64,000 bases of DNA, taken from an uncultured Nitrospiraceae bacterium (GTDB taxonomy: Bacteria; Nitrospirota; Thermodesulfovibrionia; Thermodesulfovibrionales; Dissulfurispiraceae). Numbering within the stretch: position 1 is the stretch's first letter; each line of letters starts with the position of its first letter. The notes under the pieces are model-generated. The model was not told the DNA's origin, made no database searches, and saw only the letters and a list, made by a program, of their open reading frames with translations. Location: NCBI GenBank assembly GCA_963705105.1, contig CAVPIW010000005.1:160001-224000 (forward strand). Direction: 5' to 3'. A program made the translations under genes and the position numbers. Positions 39,739 through 49,471 of this stretch are shown here, in pieces.

Positions 39739-40583
39739 CGCCATGACCGGTATCCCCGCCAGTACTGCAGGTAGGCATAGCACTTCACGAAGGGCAGCAT
39801 AAGGAGATGGCCCACGTACCCCTTTCTGAGAAAGAAGATGCCGTGCCCTGCAAGGTCCTGCAGGACATAGCTTATCTTCCCGCGGGCCGATCCGACCCTG
39901 TCCGTAACAGACAGACGGTACCTGCTTTCCATGTACCGGAACGCCCTGCCGTCCCGGTATGCCGTTGCTGCAATGCGTCTGAGGGAAAAGGGGTGACTAT
40001 GATGAACCGGGGCGTCGGGAGCATAGCGGAAGACGTATCGCTCACAGGTGAGCCGATACCACAGGTAATCCTCCCAGCTCGGGATCTCTTCGTCGAACTT
40101 CACCTCGTCCCACATCGATTTCAGAAAGGCGCAGTTCGCGTTGGAAAAGGGTACCCTCCCGTCAGGTGCCCCGTACTCAGGAAACCTCCTGAGCAGGAAG
40201 AGCTCTTCAAAGGGATTTCTACCGCTAACCGGCACCTGACGCCCATATGTGGCCTGTGCCTCCCCTGACCTGACCGGGCCCGTCAGTGCGTCAAACCACC
40301 GGTCGTGGCAGGGTGTACAGTGAGCGGAGAGGCAGCAGATGATATCGGCTGAGGTGCTTCGTATGCCGTAGTTGAGTGCATAGCCGAAGGTGAACCTCTC
40401 CGGTGGTATGGCAACAATCCTGACAGGAAAGGACCGCGCAATGTCCAGGGTCCGGTCCTTCGATCCGGAGTCGACAAGGACGACCTCGAAGGCGCCGTCG
40501 CACTTCTGGGAGAAGATACTCCCCAGGACCTCGCCGATTGATTCCTCCTCATTTTTCGCCCTGATGATGATGGAGGTGTTCAC
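39735..40583 (-). CDS. GT2 glycosyltransferase
   Basis: IIIRAKNE, VDSGSKD, FGYALN, LSAH, FSNAN and ED. Confidence 0.88.
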   Translation of the reverse strand: MNTSIIIRAKNEEESIGEVLGSIFSQKCDGAFEVVLVDSGSKDRTLDIARSFPVRIVAIPPERFTFGYALNYGIRSTSADIICCLSAHCTPCHDRWFDALTGPVRSGEAQATYGRQVPVSGRNPFEELFLLRRFPEYGAPDGRVPFSNANCAFLKSMWDEVKFDEEIPSWEDYLWYRLTCERYVFRYAPDAPVHHSHPFSLRRIAATAYRDGRAFRYMESRYRLSVTDRVGSARGKISYVLQDLAGHGIFFLRKGYVGHLLMLPFVKCYAYLQYWRGYRSWR

Positions 40584-40614
40584 GGCAGGCGGTTGGCGCA
40601 GAGTGTGATGCTTC

Positions 40615-41601
40615 TCACCGCCCTGACCGCTCCCCGTCCTTCGCGTCCCCGCCCTTCGCGCCCTCCTCCCCGAAATTGTAGCGTTCACTGACGATGAAGA
40701 GGGGTCTCCTCTTCACCTCCATGTAAATCTTTCCGATGTACTCGCCGATGAGACCGAGGAAGAAGATATTGAGCCCTCCGATGAGCAGCAGGGGGATGAC
40801 CGTCGAGGCCCAGCCCGGCATGACGTCGCCGGCCATCCAGGCAGATGAGGCCCAGACAATGAGGATGCCTGCAAACAGCGATATGAAGAAACCCGTGGCC
40901 GACGCGATTCTCAGCGGCTTTCTGCTGAATGACGTCATCCCCTCCCAGGCGAAGGAGAGCATCTTCCGCAAAGGATACTTCGTCTCACCGGCAAACCGCT
41001 CCCGCCTGTCAAAGGGAACGATCGCATGCCTGAATCCCATATAAGGGAAGATGCCCCGGAGAAAGATGTTCACCTCCGGAAATCTCCTGAACTCCTCGAC
41101 GACCTTCCGGGATATGAGGCGGTAATCTGCATGGTCGTAAATGATGTCCACGCCCATGAATTTCATGAGCCTGTAAAAAAAACGGGCCGTCCACCTCTTG
41201 AACAACGTGTCGGTGCTCCTCGTCCTCCTGACGGCATAGACGATATCGTTGCCTTCCCTGAATTTTGCTACCATCTCCCCGACCAGTTCCGGGGGGTCCT
41301 GGAGATCCGCATCGAGGCTCACGACGGCGTCGCCGGAAGAGTGAAGAATGCCGGCGGCCAGTGCCGGCTGGTGGCCGTAGTTCCTGCTGAAGGAGAGCAC
41401 CTTGACCGTTTTGGATGCTTCTGCGAGCCTTCTCAGTATGGGCATGGTGCCGTCCTTCGACCCGTCATCGATATAGACGATTTCGTATTCATCAACGGAG
41501 CCGGCCCGCACCAGCCCGTTGAGCAGGCCCGAGAGAGTCTCGTGGGTGGTCCCGATGACAGCCTCTTCGTTATAAACGGGTATGACGACGCTCAGTTTCA
41601 T
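40615..41601 (-). CDS. GtrB/YkoT-like undecaprenyl-phosphate glycosyltransferase (GT2, two C-terminal TMs)
   Basis: FSRNYGHQ, DADLQDPP, RFAGETKY and GEYIGKIYMEVKRRP. Confidence 0.9.
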   Translation of the reverse strand: MKLSVVIPVYNEEAVIGTTHETLSGLLNGLVRAGSVDEYEIVYIDDGSKDGTMPILRRLAEASKTVKVLSFSRNYGHQPALAAGILHSSGDAVVSLDADLQDPPELVGEMVAKFREGNDIVYAVRRTRSTDTLFKRWTARFFYRLMKFMGVDIIYDHADYRLISRKVVEEFRRFPEVNIFLRGIFPYMGFRHAIVPFDRRERFAGETKYPLRKMLSFAWEGMTSFSRKPLRIASATGFFISLFAGILIVWASSAWMAGDVMPGWASTVIPLLLIGGLNIFFLGLIGEYIGKIYMEVKRRPLFIVSERYNFGEEGAKGGDAKDGERSGR

Positions 41602-41698
41602 GGATTCATCAGACTGACATAAACGGTAAGTTTCTTTGTATTATAGAGATGCCTCCGCAATTACTCAAGGTGATTGACCATGGCGCAGGGGAGTGCAG

Positions 41699-43225
41699 AT
41701 GCCCGAAAAAACATCCTCGCTCAGATCTTCCATGAGCCGCAGGCGACGACACCCGGCATGGCTTATCCCTCTTCTTTTGTCTCTTTCTATCCTCGTTTGC
41801 TATGGCCCGGTCATCCTTGTGCCTTACGCTTTCTCCGATGACTACTCCTTGTTTTACAATGCTGCCGTCGACAAGAACTTCGTCGACCGGGAGCAGGTCA
41901 TCGCATCGGGACGGCCTCTCAATGCATTCTTCCTTGAACGGACCTTTACAGCACTGACGGGAATCGCAGACTTGCGATATATAAGGTTTGCGGGAGTCAT
42001 CGGCATCATTGCACTGGCCCTCCTCATTTTCAGGGTATTGTCGACCCACGGATGGAACAGGTTACAGTCAGCACTCATATCAATCGTCATCTGCACCCTT
42101 CCTCCATTTCAGGTATTTGCCGCCTGGGCGACGACGTCTTTGTTCCCATACTCCGCATTGCTGTCCGGGCTGGGGTTCATCGTCGCAGAAAAGGGTCTTT
42201 TGATAAAAGGGTCCAGCCGCTTAATCTCTTCTGCGATTGCCTTGGCGCTCCTGTCCGTATCTTTTGCCGTCTATCAGCCGACAGCTATGTTTTTCTGGTT
42301 TTTTGCCGCAGTCCTTTTCCTGCATGAGCAAGACACACCCGCCCTCACCCTCCGGCGCTTTCTCTGTTTCTTTGTAATCATGGCTTCCGCTATGATTGTT
42401 GCGTACATCATGGTCAAGGCCGGTCAGGCGCTGTTTCCCGGTGCTGTCGGGCCTGAAAGGTCTTCTATCAGCAGCGACGCCGTCGGTAAAATGCTTTGGT
42501 TCATCCGCGAACCTCTGAAAAACGCCTTTAACCTCCACAGCATCCGGCCGAGCAAGTCTGCGGCTGTCACCGCCTTTTTTTTCAGCATGTGCGGCCTTAT
42601 GCTCTTTTTGAAGGGTCCCCTGATGAATCGTGTCACTCTGACTGCTCTCCTTTTCTTCATCCTCCCCCTGAGTTTCCTGCCTAACCTCATCGCTTCCCAC
42701 AACTGGTTTGCATATCGCATGATCATGGTTGTCGAGTCCCTCGTCGTCATCTATGGACTTTGCGCAATCAGGGGCTTCCTGAGCTTCCTTTCAACAGATC
42801 GCCGGAAACTGATTCTCAACGGCCTCCTGCTTGCGGCTGCTGCAACATGTCTCGTCGTCTCATCCAAAACCGTCCGCTCGTATTTCATAGAGCCTCAGAT
42901 GACAGAGATGAAGCTGGCCCGTGAGGCAGTTTCCCTGATCGATATGTCAAGAGTCACAACCGTCTACGTCATCCCCTCGACTTGGGACGATCACCTGGCG
43001 CCTCACGTATTTTACGACGAGTTCGGATTACCGTCTTCCGTCCACACATGGTCCTCCAAAGCCATGGTCGCTCTTTTCATGAGGGAGCGGGGATATCCGG
43101 CGACAGTCAAGACGGAGTCTGCGACGGCGGATGCCGTGCCTGCTATTGGGGAGAGCCGGACAGCCGTCATAGATTTTCGGTCTATTTTGGGAAACTTCAG
43201 GGACCGGAAAAAGCCCTCAGGCTGA
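41699..43225 (+). CDS. GtrII-like GT-C glycosyltransferase
   Basis: FSDDY after TM1, GRPL, YQP and ~10 TM helices. Divergent from the GtrB-like gene. Confidence 0.68.
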   Translation: MPEKTSSLRSSMSRRRRHPAWLIPLLLSLSILVCYGPVILVPYAFSDDYSLFYNAAVDKNFVDREQVIASGRPLNAFFLERTFTALTGIADLRYIRFAGVIGIIALALLIFRVLSTHGWNRLQSALISIVICTLPPFQVFAAWATTSLFPYSALLSGLGFIVAEKGLLIKGSSRLISSAIALALLSVSFAVYQPTAMFFWFFAAVLFLHEQDTPALTLRRFLCFFVIMASAMIVAYIMVKAGQALFPGAVGPERSSISSDAVGKMLWFIREPLKNAFNLHSIRPSKSAAVTAFFFSMCGLMLFLKGPLMNRVTLTALLFFILPLSFLPNLIASHNWFAYRMIMVVESLVVIYGLCAIRGFLSFLSTDRRKLILNGLLLAAAATCLVVSSKTVRSYFIEPQMTEMKLAREAVSLIDMSRVTTVYVIPSTWDDHLAPHVFYDEFGLPSSVHTWSSKAMVALFMRERGYPATVKTESATADAVPAIGESRTAVIDFRSILGNFRDRKKPSG

Positions 43226-43333
43226 TCCTTTCGGATGTCTTCTTGCTCTTTCCGTTATGACAGGATCCTGATCTCCTGACCGTGATGACCTGCAGAGTTT
43301 CTCGTTAATTTGCCATAGCCACATTGTTCCGCT

Positions 43334-44905
43334 TCAGTTGACACGCACGACCTCGAAGCCCTTCGCGCTCGCAATCGGGGTGAATGAATAGCTCTTCCCC
43401 TTGTGATCAAACTGCAGCGACCGTCCGGCATTCGACGCACGGACGGTCTCAAGCACCTGCGACGTGGTGACGACGCGCTGACCCTTGAGATGCTCTATGT
43501 CATCCAGGTTAAAAACTTCCCGGACAGGGCCTCTCTTTGAAAGATAGTAGACCGCGCTCGGGGAGTATAGAAACAGTGTTGTAATGGGCACGCCCGGATC
43601 GAGTCTTTCCACGATCGGCGCAATCGGCGGAACGGTGTTGGTGAAATTCAATTTCTGGAGCGTTGCCAGCACCGGCACGAAGCAGAGGGCAGCGACAAGG
43701 ACAATGGAAAGCGCATTCTTCCAGTGCGGCATTCTACGGCCGATGAAGGAAACGAGCGCGCCCAGCGCAAGCACAAGGAGCAGTGCCTTGACGATGTTCG
43801 AACCCGTGCTCCGCGGAAAAACCTCACGGTTGAAGAAATATGTCACAGTGACCACAAGACCGAGGTACAGGACAAGCTTGTTCAGGTAGTCGCCGCGCTG
43901 AACGAATGCCACGAGTGCCCGGGCTGTCAGGATCGCGAGCGGGAGATAGAGAGGGAAGACATACCATGGTTGCTGTGACTGCGAACCGTTGACGACCAGG
44001 AAAGCACCGACTGCCCAGACTATAAGGCACAGGTCTATCGTCTTCCTCTCTTCGGCATAGACCCTGACCGCAAACAAGAGAGACGTCAGCGCCGCACCGT
44101 ACCAGAGCCAGTTCTCCGGCGACAGCATTGTGTCGATATAGAACATGTCCGAGTGACTGAACCCGGCCGGCCTCTCCGTGTAGCGGGCGATGAAATTCTT
44201 GAGAATGTGCTGCCGGATGAATTCGTGACCGAATGTGACGTACATGTAGACATACCAGGGAAGAACGATGAAGCACGTCATTGCAAGGCACGTCAATCCC
44301 TCTTTCAGGATGATCTCCTTTCTGCCGACCCTCTCCGCAGAGATCATCGCGGCAATCACCAGGATGGGGATGACCACAATAGGGCCTTTGCACAGAGCGG
44401 CGCCGGAAAGGCACAAAGCGGTGAAGACCACCCGACGGCTTCCGCGACGGAACAAAACCCACGAAGAAACGGCTCCCGTCAGGAAGAAAAGGGTGATGCT
44501 GTCGATATCGGCGTTCCTCAGTCCGTGATTGAAAACGAGTTGGACCGTCGTCACGACAATGAGCACCGAAAGTGCGGCCGTCCATGGTCCGAAATAACGC
44601 CTGGCCAGGAAAAAGACCTGGAGAAGCAGCCCGAATCCGATCACGGCAGATCCCAGTCGGGCCGTACCTTCGTTGACACCGAAAAGCTTGAAAGAGAGAA
44701 TCATGGGATAGAGGCTCAGAGGAGACTTGTCCCAAAACACCTGATTCTGAAACCGCAGGAACAGATAGTTGCCGTCCTCAATCGCCCGCTGCGCCATGAC
44801 GACATACCACGCCTCGTCCCAATCGACGAGATAGTGGCCGTCAAGATTATAGAAAAGCACAAACAGAGAGAAAGCAAAGACGCAGATCACGAAAAGCTTC
44901 GTCAT
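43334..44905 (-). CDS. ArnT/PMT-family (GT83/GT39-like) glycosyltransferase, copy 2
   Basis: DWDEAWY, DKSP, FGVNE..ARL, KGP, PWY and WYVFPLY. Confidence 0.85.
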   Translation of the reverse strand: MTKLFVICVFAFSLFVLFYNLDGHYLVDWDEAWYVVMAQRAIEDGNYLFLRFQNQVFWDKSPLSLYPMILSFKLFGVNEGTARLGSAVIGFGLLLQVFFLARRYFGPWTAALSVLIVVTTVQLVFNHGLRNADIDSITLFFLTGAVSSWVLFRRGSRRVVFTALCLSGAALCKGPIVVIPILVIAAMISAERVGRKEIILKEGLTCLAMTCFIVLPWYVYMYVTFGHEFIRQHILKNFIARYTERPAGFSHSDMFYIDTMLSPENWLWYGAALTSLLFAVRVYAEERKTIDLCLIVWAVGAFLVVNGSQSQQPWYVFPLYLPLAILTARALVAFVQRGDYLNKLVLYLGLVVTVTYFFNREVFPRSTGSNIVKALLLVLALGALVSFIGRRMPHWKNALSIVLVAALCFVPVLATLQKLNFTNTVPPIAPIVERLDPGVPITTLFLYSPSAVYYLSKRGPVREVFNLDDIEHLKGQRVVTTSQVLETVRASNAGRSLQFDHKGKSYSFTPIASAKGFEVVRVN

Positions 44906-44911
44906 ACCGCG

Positions 44912-45002
44912 TGGCCGCGTTCACTGATGTCTATGCCGTGATGCCGGAAAATCCCCGTCCCCGGTGGGCCTTGATGAGAGCTCCGCCGGAACAGCCGATT
45001 TC
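44912..45002 (-). pseudogene. ~90 bp remnant of a methyltransferase gene
   Basis: Matches about 47143-47233 (EIGCSGGALIKA...GIDISERA) with indels. Confidence 0.8.
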
Positions 45003-45047
45003 CCTGCGAGTCGCATACTTTTGCGTCTATCGCCGAGCGAACGGGCA

Positions 45048-46616
45048 TCATTCCACTTTTACCATGGAAAAAACATCCGCGCTGAACAGTGGGGTCACCG
45101 TATAATGCTCCCCCTGAAATGTATAAGGAAATGGACCGTCCGGGACATCCTTGTTCAGGCCCTTCAGTGCATCCTTTGTTGTGATGACGACGCGACCTCT
45201 CAGTTTCGGGAAGTCATCATAGGAGAAGAATTCCTGCAGGATACCCTTCTTCGACAGATAGTAGCTTGCGCCTGGATTGTACAGTAGAAAGGTCGCAATC
45301 GTGCTGTTCTGTTCGACCCGCTCAGCGATGGAATGAATCGGGGCATCCCTGCTCGTGTATCCTGCAAGATCGTAGGACCTGTATGCAGGGTACAAAAACA
45401 GCAGGCACACCAACAGGGTGGAGAATGCCTTTCTATATTCCGGCAGCTTTTTTTCTATCAGTGTGTCGATGCAGAACAGACCGAGGCACACGATGCATGC
45501 CCTCGCGATGTTTGGTGCGTTATGCTCCGGAAAGATCTCACGGTTGAGATAGGCGGCAAGTATGATGATTGATCCGAAGTAAAAGGCAGCGATGTTGAGA
45601 TAATTTTTTTTCCCGATGAAGTCGTCAAGTGTTTTTGCCGCCATAATCGCCAGCGGCGGGTAGAGGGGAAAGATGTACCATGCCAACTTTGTGTGGGAGA
45701 GGTTTACGATGATATAGGTGGTGAACACCCATGAAATGAGTGCAAGGTGCGCGGGATTCTTCTCTTCGGCATAGAGCTTGAAAAAATAGAAAAACCCCAG
45801 CATGCCGACGCCATACCAAAGGAAGTTCTCGGGAGAGAGGAGCACGCCGGTGAAATACATGTCACCGTATGTATGATGGTCCAGTCCAACTGTGTACCGT
45901 TCAAGAAAGTTCCGCAGAATGTGATTTTGAATGAACACTCTGCCGAAAGCAACGTACATGTATGCATACCAGGGAACGACAATGACGAGCATAGTCAGGA
46001 GAGCCGTCATGAACGATTTCAGCATCCGACCCTTCAACGGATTGCCGACCAGGAGATTCAGAGCGACCACGGCAAGCGGTATCACAATGATCGGCCCTTT
46101 ACAGAGAAAGGCTAAGCCCAGGGAGGCAAAGGTCCCGGCAACCCTGGCTGCCGGTCTCTCTATAAGGAACCAGCAACTCAGTGAGCCCGTGACGAAAAAT
46201 ATCGTGATCCCATCAATATTCGCGGTCCTGAGACCGTGGAGAAAGATAAACTGCGTTGATGTCACCGCAATGAGCACGGCGAGTGCTCCTGCGACAGGGC
46301 CGTAGAATTTCCTTGCAAGAAGAAAGATCTGGATCATCACGCCGAGGCCGAATATGGCAGAGGGCAGGCGGGCAGTCGCCTCCGTGATCCCGAAGATCTT
46401 GAATGACAGCATCATGGGATAAATTGTGAAGGGCGACTTGTCCCAGAACACCTGATTCTGAAACCGCAGGAAAAGATAGTTGCCGTCCTCAATCGCCCGC
46501 TGCGCCATCAGGACATACCATGCCTCATCCCAATCGACGAGATAGTGTCCGTCAAGATTATAGAAAAGCACAAAGGAGGAGAAAGCGAAGACGCAGGTCA
46601 CAAAGAGCTTCGTCAT
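45048..46616 (-). CDS. ArnT/PMT-family glycosyltransferase, copy 1
   Basis: Same motifs as 43334-44905. The first ~63 aa are almost identical between the copies. Confidence 0.85.
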   Translation of the reverse strand: MTKLFVTCVFAFSSFVLFYNLDGHYLVDWDEAWYVLMAQRAIEDGNYLFLRFQNQVFWDKSPFTIYPMMLSFKIFGITEATARLPSAIFGLGVMIQIFLLARKFYGPVAGALAVLIAVTSTQFIFLHGLRTANIDGITIFFVTGSLSCWFLIERPAARVAGTFASLGLAFLCKGPIIVIPLAVVALNLLVGNPLKGRMLKSFMTALLTMLVIVVPWYAYMYVAFGRVFIQNHILRNFLERYTVGLDHHTYGDMYFTGVLLSPENFLWYGVGMLGFFYFFKLYAEEKNPAHLALISWVFTTYIIVNLSHTKLAWYIFPLYPPLAIMAAKTLDDFIGKKNYLNIAAFYFGSIIILAAYLNREIFPEHNAPNIARACIVCLGLFCIDTLIEKKLPEYRKAFSTLLVCLLFLYPAYRSYDLAGYTSRDAPIHSIAERVEQNSTIATFLLYNPGASYYLSKKGILQEFFSYDDFPKLRGRVVITTKDALKGLNKDVPDGPFPYTFQGEHYTVTPLFSADVFSMVKVE

Positions 46617-47353
46617 GCCGACGGCTTCGTTGCATCAGCGAAGAGACTGACCCCGAAGGGCAGGTCGGCCGCTTCCATGATCCTGTTTTCAGACTTCACA
46701 AGCAATACAAGAAGACTGTTCACCACGGGATTGACGGGCTGCAACTGATCGCTCGATTCTCTCCCCTGCCATCTCAAAACACGCTGGGCGATACGCACCA
46801 GGGCTGCGGGAAAAAAGAGGATACAGTTCCAGAATGAAACCCTTTTCACGGAGAAGCCCGCATCCAGAAGAGCTCCTTTCAGTTGAGACCGCGAATATCT
46901 CCTGAAGTGGTGGTTAACTTCGTCATGACGGCTCCACAAAAAGGGAAAGGCAGGCACAAAGACGATCATTCTGCCTCCTTTTTTCAGCAGCCTCTTCCAT
47001 TCGCGGAGCGCCGATCCGTCATCCTTCATGTGTTCAAGGATATCCGAGGCGATGACGATGTCGAACGTCTCGTCGTCGAAATCCAGCACCGCGGCGTCCA
47101 TGACCATGACATTATCGAGACCCCGCTGCCTGCACACATCGATGGCGCGTTCACTGATGTCTATGCCGGTGATGCCGGAAAATCCCCTCTCCCGGAGGGC
47201 CTTGATGAGAGCGCCGCCGGAGCAGCCGATCTCGAGTATTTTCGCCTGCCTTTCCCCATCGGGCAGGAGTCTCGATATCATGTCACGGCGGGCGACAAAC
47301 CACCAGTGCCCCTCTTCAAGGCTATGGTACTTTGATTCGAATTCCTTTTCCAT
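46613..47353 (-). CDS. Class I SAM-dependent methyltransferase
   Basis: HWWFVARR, LEIGCSGG, DILEH and VPAFPFLWSRHDEVNHHFRRY. Confidence 0.88.
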   Translation of the reverse strand: MEKEFESKYHSLEEGHWWFVARRDMISRLLPDGERQAKILEIGCSGGALIKALRERGFSGITGIDISERAIDVCRQRGLDNVMVMDAAVLDFDDETFDIVIASDILEHMKDDGSALREWKRLLKKGGRMIVFVPAFPFLWSRHDEVNHHFRRYSRSQLKGALLDAGFSVKRVSFWNCILFFPAALVRIAQRVLRWQGRESSDQLQPVNPVVNSLLVLLVKSENRIMEAADLPFGVSLFADATKPSA

Positions 47354-47395
47354 GGCGAAGAACCCCGAACGCCTTCCCTCCCATCTGCTCTATAT

Positions 47396-48409
47396 CTACA
47401 GTCCCCTCAGCAGACGACGCATCGTGGAGACATGGTCGCGCCTTCGTTCCAAACTCGGCTCCTTGGCTGCCTCCCTCGTCAGTTCCGTCAGTTCCCGCTT
47501 GAGGTCAGTGACTGATCTCTCCAGTTCCTCTGTGATTGAACTGCGCCGACTTTCATCATCAGCCTCTTCATCGCCGAGGGCGTGCAGGAGTCTCTCTATA
47601 TGCGACAACGCCGGGAGTTTCTCGAAAACAAGCGTGCAAACACACCACTCGACGTGGTACTCATGAGTGAAGAGGCCAAAGTGCTCATACATCCTGATTA
47701 GGGCATCCGGAGAGAAGTAGTAGTACTGGCCGGACGAGTGAGGATTCCTTCTGTACCCTTCGTTCGTGTGCTCGATCCTCATCCAGGCATTCGGTACCGA
47801 GTTAACGGCATAGTGACAGGCTCCGCACCCGTGGTCTGTCAAGACTCTGGCGATTTCCTTGGTGTAGAGAAACGTGTCCTCCAGGGCAATGTGCACGAAG
47901 ACGTCATAGCTGAAAAAGAAGTCGACGCTGCTATCCGCAACGGGAAGGAAGTCTTTTCCGCTGGCGAGCACGTACTCGACATTCCCTATACCCTCTGCCT
48001 CCATGCGCTGTCGAGTCCGCCTGAGCATCTCCTCGGCAACGTCCAACACAATGAGTTTCTTGACTCTCCTTGCAAGCCGGACAGACCACTTCCCTCCGCC
48101 CGGTCCAACTTCGAGGACCGTCATTTCCGGTTTCAGGAACCGCTCTGCGTAAACCTGGAAGTAGAACTCATCACGTTTCCTGTCGCGGGTGCGGTCATCA
48201 TTCCACTCGTCCCCGAGATGGGCGTATCGATCAGAGAAACGCGTGTCCCATGTCTTGCTGTAGGCATTCCAGTCCCGGCTATAGCGGTTCTCTTCCGTGT
48301 TAGCGTCCGCGCCGGACCTTTGGTCGGCACTCACCGGCGACGTCCCTTCTTTCTCACTTCCATGCTCAGTCAGCTTCGTACTCCCTTGCAGGAAACGTTT
48401 CAACCCCAT
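47396..48409 (-). CDS. Class I methyltransferase with C-terminal coiled coil
   Basis: VLEVGPGGG, FSYDVFVH and a charged heptad tail. Confidence 0.85.
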   Translation of the reverse strand: MGLKRFLQGSTKLTEHGSEKEGTSPVSADQRSGADANTEENRYSRDWNAYSKTWDTRFSDRYAHLGDEWNDDRTRDRKRDEFYFQVYAERFLKPEMTVLEVGPGGGKWSVRLARRVKKLIVLDVAEEMLRRTRQRMEAEGIGNVEYVLASGKDFLPVADSSVDFFFSYDVFVHIALEDTFLYTKEIARVLTDHGCGACHYAVNSVPNAWMRIEHTNEGYRRNPHSSGQYYYFSPDALIRMYEHFGLFTHEYHVEWCVCTLVFEKLPALSHIERLLHALGDEEADDESRRSSITEELERSVTDLKRELTELTREAAKEPSLERRRDHVSTMRRLLRGL

Positions 48410-48568
48410 GGTTACCTCCGTATATTGTAAGATCCTTAATCAGTTGTCAGCCCACCGTTTAAGGGGAACATGCAACCACATAAAGAGTGACTGATGTCGG
48501 GGTCGGTCCCCGAAACGGCCCGACATCGGTGAAACGGTCTGCCCCACCTTTTAACGCAACGAACACGG

Positions 48569-49471
48569 TTATCCCTCCTTTTCCGCCAGCACGAACGTCG
48601 TCGAGGCGAAGACCATTGCATTGCCCCTTTCGTGGAATCGCCGGTCAAGCGGTTTCAGCACAAGACTAAGGATCTTTAGAAGCACCCGTGCCGGCACATG
48701 AACGAGGGGATGGAAATACTCCCTGAAGAACCGGGAACTGAGATCAAAGAATGCATAGATCGGACCGACGCAGGTCCCGCTGTCGACGATACGGAAACCG
48801 CATTTTTCAAACACCAGCGCATGCCCTGTGAGAGTAAAATTCTGAAAGTGGTTCGGATAGCCGTGATATGCCTGAAGAAACGGTGTTATGGAGAGCACCC
48901 TGCCCGCTCCTCTGAGGACCCTGAACATCTCGCTAACGGCCCTCTCCGGATCGGAAAGGTGCTCCAGCACGGCCTCACAGAATATCGCATCCACACTGCC
49001 CTGTGCATAGGGGAGATGGTGGGCGTCTGCAACGACATCGACATTCGGAAAGGGCCCGATGTTCAGGTTCGTGAAGACCGGATGCTGCCGGGCAGGCCCT
49101 CCGCCTATCGACAGGACCAATGACTGCCCCGTATCGAGCGAATCAAACATATTACTGAAATAGGTGTAAGTCTTCCTGTTCCGGTAATCCTTCCGGAGGA
49201 AAGTCCCGAACCGGTGCCGCGCAATCTCCCATGAGCCGAATCGCCTCTTCTCACACCCGTATTCCCCGCTCATCCTTTCCGAGGATTTCGCATACCTGTC
49301 CGCCCAGACGGGATCGAGGAGGAGGACGGGAACGACCGTGTCCCCGTTCCTGATGACGGGGAACGACTCTCCTCCCTCCGTCGCAATAAAGCGTCCGTCG
49401 GCAGAAAAAAGAGAGACGTTCGAATGTCCGCGGGCTGACGATGATTCCCTTTTCAATTTGACGGAGGACAT
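48569..49471 (-). CDS. Class I SAM-dependent methyltransferase (type 11)
   Basis: LSIGGG, ADAHHLP, AVLEHL and PFLQAYHGYP. Confidence 0.85.
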   Translation of the reverse strand: MSSVKLKRESSSARGHSNVSLFSADGRFIATEGGESFPVIRNGDTVVPVLLLDPVWADRYAKSSERMSGEYGCEKRRFGSWEIARHRFGTFLRKDYRNRKTYTYFSNMFDSLDTGQSLVLSIGGGPARQHPVFTNLNIGPFPNVDVVADAHHLPYAQGSVDAIFCEAVLEHLSDPERAVSEMFRVLRGAGRVLSITPFLQAYHGYPNHFQNFTLTGHALVFEKCGFRIVDSGTCVGPIYAFFDLSSRFFREYFHPLVHVPARVLLKILSLVLKPLDRRFHERGNAMVFASTTFVLAEKEG

